A stretch of DNA of 53,601 nucleotides, filler included, from Catajapyx aquilonaris (taxonomy: Eukaryota), in the NCBI GenBank assembly GCA_000934665.2. It is 2 parts of 2 records of this genome, joined end to end, with 100 filler letters (N's around TTAATTAATTAA, not from the genome) between each part and the next. Parts side by side here need not be neighbours in the genome. Positions count along the whole stretch, not along the records: positions 26,847 to 53,601 come from JYFJ02005168.1; 1 more part is not named here. One strand, 5' to 3'. Below the pieces are notes generated by a model, which worked only from the letters and a program-made list of their open reading frames with translations, had not been told where the DNA came from and did not search any database. The position numbers were made by a program, and so were the translations under genes. This document shows, one piece after another, positions 46,692-53,601 of this stretch; the stretch's first letter is position 1; each line of letters begins with the position of its first letter.

Positions 46692-48021
46692 TTAATATAC
46701 ATAATGATATCTGAATATTTTAATTTCCAAAAAGAGGCTTCCATATAAAAAGGGGCAAGATGTACCAGTTCTGGCCACCTGCATATTTTTTCGTAAACCT
46801 GTTAGTTGATTCCCAAACTGACATAATTAATGCCATCGTCACCTGTTGTGATATGTCTCATGAAGTTTATCAATGCTACTGCCATTATGTTGCTACTGCC
46901 ATTGCTTTCAGGCATCCCCTGCCCTCAATCCCCAATGCCCACACCCTTCCTGAGTCCATCACCCTGCTTGCTCTGTAATACATGAAAATAAAGCTCTTTC
47001 AACACTGCCTCGCATTTCTAATTGAAGACCTTGGGAGAAGAGCGATCAAGGTGAAACTGACAAGGGAACTGTAAGTGTTGTAATTAATGGAGTTGCTCAA
47101 TGAAACTTCACAATAATATAGGCAGGTAAGTTATTAAACAAACTGCAAACAATTTAGGCGAATGCCCACAAGGTCAAAAGTTATGACCTCTCGAACTCAC
47201 AAGGGACACTTTCCAAGGTCTCACCGATATTCTTGAAATTTGGTACATTGCACAATGTGTCCAAACGCGGAAATGCTTGGACAAAAATGGCTTCCATTCC
47301 GCGCGGATTTGTCACGAAGGTCACGATATTCCTCTGATTTTCAAGATGAAAAGTAGTGAATTTCACAAGTTTCCCTTTGAATGACACACCAAACGAATGA
47401 CTAGACTCCCCTGTTTATATAGATTCATTTAGTTTTAAGTGCACATAATTGCTACTTTTGTCGGGGTAGCATGACAAATGCTGCGTCCTTTTTGGAAAAA
47501 ATGTGGGATTATGTGGGATTGAAACGAAGTGAGTCTATAACTAGGAAGTCTAGTCTTTCGTTTAATGTGTGATTCGAAGTGAAATATTGTGAAATCCGTT
47601 ACTTTTCGTCTTTGAAATGAAATCATTGACGTGACAAATACGGGTTATGGAGGCCTCAAGAAAGGACCGCCTGGCACTGATGCTTCAAGGTCACATTCAA
47701 ATTGCTACACGAGAGAAAGTAGTACTTAGCCACCGAAGCAGTTTGGAGTAGGGGATACGGTGTCCGACTGCTAATCGGGAGGTCCTGGGATCAAATCCCG
47801 GGGCCGGCAACTCTGACCGTGGTTTTCTGTGGTTTCCCACGGTCCTTCCAGGAAAATTCCGGAGTTGCTTCCGTAATTAATAAGCCACAGCCGCTTCCTT
47901 CCGTCCCTATCCAATCCCAAAAAGCGCAGTAAAATGAAAGTCAAAGAGTTCCGGGCAAAACAATAACTTCCCCCCTAAAGAGCCGACAGGCTGATAACGG
48001 ATAACGGAGTATGAATTATTA

Positions 48022-49087
48022 GGGGGCTTCCACATATTACGTAACGGGATTTAGGGGGGGAGGGGGATTGGGCGAGCGTGACGGTCCGTTACATGGGGGG
48101 GGGGGGGTTGGGTAGCCGTTACGTAACGCATTTGAACGCACTGTNTACGTAATGCATTTGAACGCACTGTATAAATATTCCGAGTGCTACTCAGCGTGGC
48201 CCGCGTAGCTGCGTCGTCCGCTACCCACTGAGTGACGCCTCACAGTGGTCCGAATCTGTAAAAAACGTGCGAAAAATGCTATTTATTAGACTTTTCGTAG
48301 GAACTTGACAACCTCACTATTTTTATGGAAGGTATTTATGTGAGTCACATGTTGTACTACTTGTTCATTCCATACCTATTGCGTGACAATTGTTCCAGTG
48401 TCTAAAAGTCATAGAAAAATGACATTTTTGTTCTGGCTATTTTCTCTTTTATATAAAACATGCCCATATTGTAGCTTCAAAAAACGCACCTGTACGTAAC
48501 GTGGTTCGTTAGTTTTTTCGTTTTCTGAAATACGGCGACGCGGTGGCGTAGTGGTTTAATATTATAAAGTCCGCCACCTCCCACCTCTGGGGTCCCAGGT
48601 TCGATCCCCGGATTGGGCCAAGGATTTCCCATATGGGTTGAGTTTCGATGGAGTTCTCTCCGCGCTTGCGTGGGTTTTATATCGGGGTTCTCCCGTTATA
48701 AATTTCCTCCCACACCAAAAACTATCTTCCCCTCCCCCTTTCTTTCACCCTCAGCCTCATAGCCTGAGTCGCCTCGGCTTCCCCTTTTTAAACAAATCTT
48801 CTGAAATACAGATCATTTCTGTCTATATTAAATTTTAGTATCGGTACAAAAGTGTTCTTTTCTTTCACAAGTACAGTAGTTTTACAGTAAACATATTCTT
48901 AAAATTATTGCCTTGTTTTTATATACATGAAACACGTGGGGCTCGTTCTGAAGCACGAAATTTTAAAAATAGCAGGCGTTACGTAACGGGAGGGGGAGGG
49001 GTTCAGGAGATCGTTACGGTCCCGTTACAGAGGGGGGGGGGGTCAAAAATGGCCAAAAATACCGTTACGTAATATGTGGAAGCCCCC
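48022..49087. mobile_element. PIF/Harbinger non-autonomous element
   Basis: TTA|gggggcttccacatattacgtaacg..cgttacgtaatatgtggaagccccc|TTA. Confidence 0.9.
48534..48798 (+). mobile_element. tRNA-derived SINE, family C (V-domain-like core)
   Basis: A box TGGCGTAGTGG, B box GGTTCGATCCC; core gttctctccgcgcttgcgtgggtttt..tttcctcccac; 11-bp TSD ttctgaaatac. Confidence 0.8.
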
Positions 49088-50130
49088 TTATTAAGTAGTA
49101 CTTAGCCAGAGGTATTTTATGCACAGCTTAAAATCCGGATGAGCCTGAATTTGGAAATGCAGTGACCTTTCTTCCATGACCATTCGAAGCCGACTGAATA
49201 GACACAAAAAGGTGGCAGGCGAACAGTCGACTTGAGTACCTGCCTGGCATAAAACGCATCTCAATTTAACCTACCAAGGGTTCTTTTTATTATTGTTCAG
49301 ACATTAATTTATTACATTCGGGCAGATTTGACATGACTCTGCCAACTTGGTTTTACCATTTTTGTCCAAGTGTTCTCGCGTTTGGACACACTGTGGATTG
49401 GTAGTCCACCCCAAGGGATGAAAAACGCACCTAAAGTGACCTGTTCAAAATGACCAGGTGACCCCTTTTTGGGGAGCAGAGGTCAACTCTTAAATGCTGA
49501 AAACTCACCCATTTTCTTGAAATTCTGTGCATTGGTAGCCCCCAAAAATGGGTCACCGGGTCATTTTGAGCAGGTCGCTTTCGGTGCGTTTTTCATCCCT
49601 TGGGATGGGCTACCAATGTACCGAATTTCAAGAAAATTGGTGAGACCTTGGAAAGTGTCCCTTGTGAGTTCGAGAGGTCATAACTTTTGACCTTGTGGGC
49701 ATTCGCCAAAACTGTTTGCATTTTGTGTAATAACTTACCTGCCTATATTATTGTGCCAAGTTTCATTCAGAAACTCCATTGACAACACTCTTACAGTTCC
49801 CTTGTGAGATATTCAAATTTTAAATTTCAAAGGCCCGTAAAGTTCCATTGTAAATCCTACTTTCGTGGCCTTCCATTGTGACCTATGATCATTACCCCAC
49901 GACCAAACCATCATATTCTTCGTTAGTGAAACTATCTTCTGTGACGTGTAACTCATTTTTGACAAAAACTCGACCTTGATCGTTCTTCTTCCCATGAGGT
50001 CTTCAATTATTGTGCATAAATACAGTAAGTAGTAAGTAAGTAATAGATTTTTAATTCCAATCAAAGTTGTACATTTTTGTGGAACGACCCTCCACTCATA
50101 ATACAATATCACAGAGGTTCAACTTCTTAA

Positions 50131-51687
50131 AGGGACACTCCACTCAAAATACAAGTTGGCCTCTAAAAATCAGGCAAGGAATCCTGATTCCGAGAATGCG
50201 ATCCGTTTATCTCTGAGGCGAACGGTAATGACAGGGGAAGATACGAAAGTCGGAATAAATTCGAGGTCTGATGGAGCGTGGAGCCGCCCTCCTCACCCGC
50301 GGCCACCGGGGGAAGTTGGGTACTCGCCACCTGGCGGCTGCCTGAGGAAGTTGGCCAACCGAATCACCAGCAGCGCGAGTTTGAAATGCAGTTCGGGGTC
50401 GGATATTTTCTGGCTGCTGCCAATGCATATATGTTGTCACCGAGGTGTTACTTTCCGGACCTCGCCTTTGCTTGGTCCTTAATTGTTTACGGGTGGACTA
50501 GATCAGTTGCTCCCGCATCAGATCCCCATGACTCAACGCCCGGAGGGAACGACTAAGGCGACACATGTTTATGTTTAGCACTTCGGCAGGGGGGTTTATC
50601 ATTTCTGGCCTTCCAGTCCGGCATTCGGCATATCGAGGCGGGCTTGGAAGCAAGTAGCATCATGGGCAAGAAAGGCAAGGGTGGTGTCCCATTCTGTGTA
50701 GTTTATTTGTAAGCGCCATAGGAAACGGTTGGAGCGAGTGACGTATTTCGTATTTCCTTGCGAACGTCAGGATTTGATGCGGCAATGGCGAGAAGCCTTG
50801 AATTTGCCACCAACGTATGCACCCATGTCAAGTCATCAGGTGTGCATGGATCACTTTCACAGGCAGTCGCTATTTCCCTACAGACCGGAACAGAAGAGGC
50901 TGAAACTAAAGCCTAATGCTGTTCCAACACTGGAGGTAGGAATAATGTGGCATAGCGTCAATGTGCGTATATTTTATTGCACCCCCCCCCCCTCCCCCCA
51001 GTGCACATCAAACATGGAAACCAGCACCGGAACATCCACTGCTGATGTGTCCAATACTGATGCACAGGTAATGTTTCCTCAGCCATCGAGCCCAATGACC
51101 ATGTTTGACATATCTCCTGATGCACCTCTTTTCCCCAGCGCACATCAGTTTGAGAATAGCAGCTAAAATGTGTTTGGGCCGAACATTTTGCTAATGGCTC
51201 TGTTTCAATGACTTAATTCCAATATGAAGCACTATTGCGACTAAATTGGTGTATGCGGGAGCAACAGATGTAGGCCACCGGTAAACAATTAGGGGCCAAG
51301 CAAAGGCGAGGTCCGGAAAGTAACACCTCGGTCAGTCGGTGACAACATATGCATTGGCAGCAGCCAGTAATATCCGACCCCGAACTGCATTTCAAACTCG
51401 CGCTGCTGGTGACGGGTATCCAAGGTGGATAGAGATTCGGTTGGCCAACTTCCTCAGGCAGCTGCCAGGTGGCCGGGGGAGGTGTGGGCGAGACTGGAGG
51501 GGCAGCGGGTCTGTGGCCGGGGGTGGTGGCGCCGGGACTGGAGGGGCAGGGGGTTTGCAGACTGCCTACTTTGAGATTTATTTCGCGGATTACCGTTCGC
51601 CTCAGAGAAAAACGGATCGCATTCTCGGAATCAGGATTTTCTGCCTGATTTTTAGAGGCCAACTTGTATTTTGAGTGGAGTGTCCCT
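50131..51687 (+). mobile_element. Kolobok-like non-autonomous DNA transposon inserted in the LINE 3' end
   Basis: TTAA TSD, AG..CT termini, about 350-bp imperfect TIRs, internal THAP remnant. Confidence 0.8.
50662..50935 (+). pseudogene. THAP-domain coding exon with a frameshift
   Basis: MGKKGKGGVPFCVVY[frameshift]CKRH..YFVFP..RQWREAL..VCMDHF..LKLKPNAVPTLE gives the C2CH residues plus the AVPT box of THAP; followed by a GT donor. Confidence 0.85.
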
Positions 51688-53507
51688 TTAATAACTAAAC
51701 AAAAGACGTTATACAGATCAAACAGTTTGTCTGCTGGCATCTGATGGAATAACATATGCATCTCATTTGTTGGCACCCTTGGGAAGCCCTTTAACGAGCT
51801 CTTTCTAAATTCATTTGCAAAACAGCATTCATACACCATAATTATGGTATTTCGCATTACACATTTGACTATTGCACAGCGTACACATTTTCTCATCGTT
51901 AAACGCCAGCCTATAATTGTTCACCCAAAGTGTTTTAGAATTATTCCTTAGATTAGCCATAAATCATATAATTTTCAATGGCAATATTTGATGCATATAT
52001 TGTTCTTGTGTATAACCATTTGATATGTCCTCGTAGTACGCATACCCTCTCGACTTCGCCAGGTCTTGCCTATCTTTCGCTATTGTTACATCCACCATCT
52101 TTACAGCCAAATCGCTCATATTCATTTCATAACCGTTTGCTGTCCAAAATTCCCAAGATATACCAATTTTATTTACCATTCTCTCAACCAACACTAACCA
52201 GTTTTTTCTAGCAATAAAAGTAACCTGCGTTTGATAATGATAACTTTGTTTCAACATACTTGTATCTGTTAGTACACTCATTTGTTTTAGAAATAACAGC
52301 AGTCTTTTAAAGATTTTAACTTGCAGTTGCCTCCTGCCAGTCTCCAGTCTCACAAAGTAACCAGCACTAGATTGTGGCAATCCTAGAAATTTTTTCAGAA
52401 AATACGTTTGCACTCGTTCCAGGTCTTCAGCATACTGCAAGCCCCATATTTGCACATTATACAATACTGTTGGTACTATTTGTGCGTCAAAAATACGCAG
52501 TGCCACATTTATATTTCTCACTTTCATCTTGATAAGGGTTGGCCATATGCTGTTTATTTTCATCTTCGCTTTGGCTATAAAATAATTTTTTGCTCTCCCA
52601 AAACTGGTTGACGCCGCAAGTAGTACCCCTACATATTTGTACTCATTTATGAATTCAATTTGTTTCTCTTGCCAAATTTTTTTTGTTCCACTTGCTATCT
52701 TTCCTCCCTTTCTAAAGATCATTGCCTTCGATTTATCCATATTCAATTCCAATTGCTTTTCCTGGAGATACCCTTCAAAAGCGTTCAGTTCTTTTTGCAA
52801 ATATAGTTTATGTTCCGCTACCAGAATTACATCATCCACGAACTGAAGGAAATTTACCTCCTCTGTCCTTGGGCTAAAGCAAACTCCTGGTATCTTCTGT
52901 AATCTAAACAAATCTTTCATATCTGCCAGAAACTAATTGAATAACACTGGGCTCAATGGCTCGCCTTGTAGCACCCCTTTTTCGACTGGTATTTGGATGG
53001 ATTTGACAGTCGAAACAATTTTAGCTTCTTTGTATAAACTTTGTATCGTTTGCAAAAAATTATTATTACCAATACCTAATTTTTCTAAAGTATAAAATAA
53101 CAAATTATGATTTACTGAATCAAAGGCCATTTTCAAGTCTACAAATACTACAAACAGGTTCCCATTTTTTTTGTCTACATATTTCTGGATCAGTGCATTT
53201 AATATAAATAACAAATCGGTGCAGGATTTATTTTTCCTAAAACCCATTTGTGTGTCGGGCAATATTTTGTTTGTCTCTGTCCATTTATCCAATCTATTGA
53301 CCAAGATTGATGTAAAGAGTTTTAATGTGTGGTTTAATAGCGCAATTGGTCTATAATTTTGGGGTTTACTTGTTTCCCCTCCTTTAAAGATATGTATTGA
53401 CTTGATTTGAGCCCATTCTTTTGGAATCTCGTGCCTGCTTAACATTCTGTTGAACAATTTCCACATCATATTTTGCAAGTTTGCCGACTCTAATTTTAGT
53501 AGTTCAT

Positions 53508-53601
53508 GGGGAGGTGTAGATGGCCCAGATGGTAACGTCTCGGCTTGCTGAGTGAAAGGCCCCAGGTTCGATCCCCGCCTGGGGAACTTTCCTTTCACCT
53601 G
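53508..53601 (+). mobile_element. SINE family B 5' head (truncated by window edge), abutting or inserted in the LINE
   Basis: Near-identical to the heads at 13662 and 18362. Confidence 0.88.

Larger units (their letters stand above)
47733..49092 (+). mobile_element. tRNA-derived SINE, family D (Lm1/Talua-like core), tail interrupted by a Harbinger MITE
   Basis: Degenerate B box GGATCAAATCCC; core ggttttctgtggtttccc..ccaggaaaattccgg..gccacagccgcttccttcc; 16-bp TSD aagtagtacttagcca. Confidence 0.8.
47057..49808. mobile_element. unclassified long-TIR DNA element hosting nested insertions
   Basis: 47057-47250 is the reverse complement of about 49612-49808; an additional palindrome at about 49397-49617 interrupts the right arm. 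Confidence 0.7.
50024..53507 (-). mobile_element. LINE (RTEX-like) reverse transcriptase ORF2, relatively intact
   Basis: ORFs 52933-53507 and 51964-52920 are in the same frame, separated by one stop; NYRPIALLN, FVDLKMAFDSV, GVLQGEPLSPVLF, QFVDD, YKYVG, RLETG motifs; Cys-rich C-terminus; (TACT)n tail at 50024-50043. Confidence 0.92.

Noticed and set aside
43793..53601. Next POLR3E exon (expected xMDKQ-like motif)
   Set aside because: Not found by eye; the region is almost entirely explained by TEs, so the exon is probably beyond the window

Overview
Eukaryotic genomic DNA, almost certainly from an arthropod, with assembly gaps. Two spliced host genes sit head-to-head. On the minus strand is the 5' part of a toutatis/BAZ2B-type chromatin-remodelling subunit gene: 11 coding exons from the ATG at 23021 down to 485, about 766 codons, including the MBD/TAM domain, continuing off the left edge. 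On the plus strand is the 5' part of POLR3E/RPC5 (Sin), an RNA polymerase III subunit: 3 coding exons from 28694 to 43792, with no further exon recognised in the window. The large introns are filled with nested transposable elements. These include four tRNA-derived SINE families, RTEX-like LINEs, Tc1, mariner, pogo, hAT, PIF/Harbinger, piggyBac-like, Sola-like and P-like elements, a THAP-bearing Kolobok-like element and a Helitron. The most notable unexplained signal is a 3'-terminal RNA architecture: C-run, linker, covarying hairpin, linker, GGGG, then an A-rich tail. It is shared by LINE ends, three SINE families and a 56-bp stand-alone insertion, and the SINEs appear to swap these tails. 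All coordinates, splice phases and TE superfamily calls were derived by eye; no database search was run.
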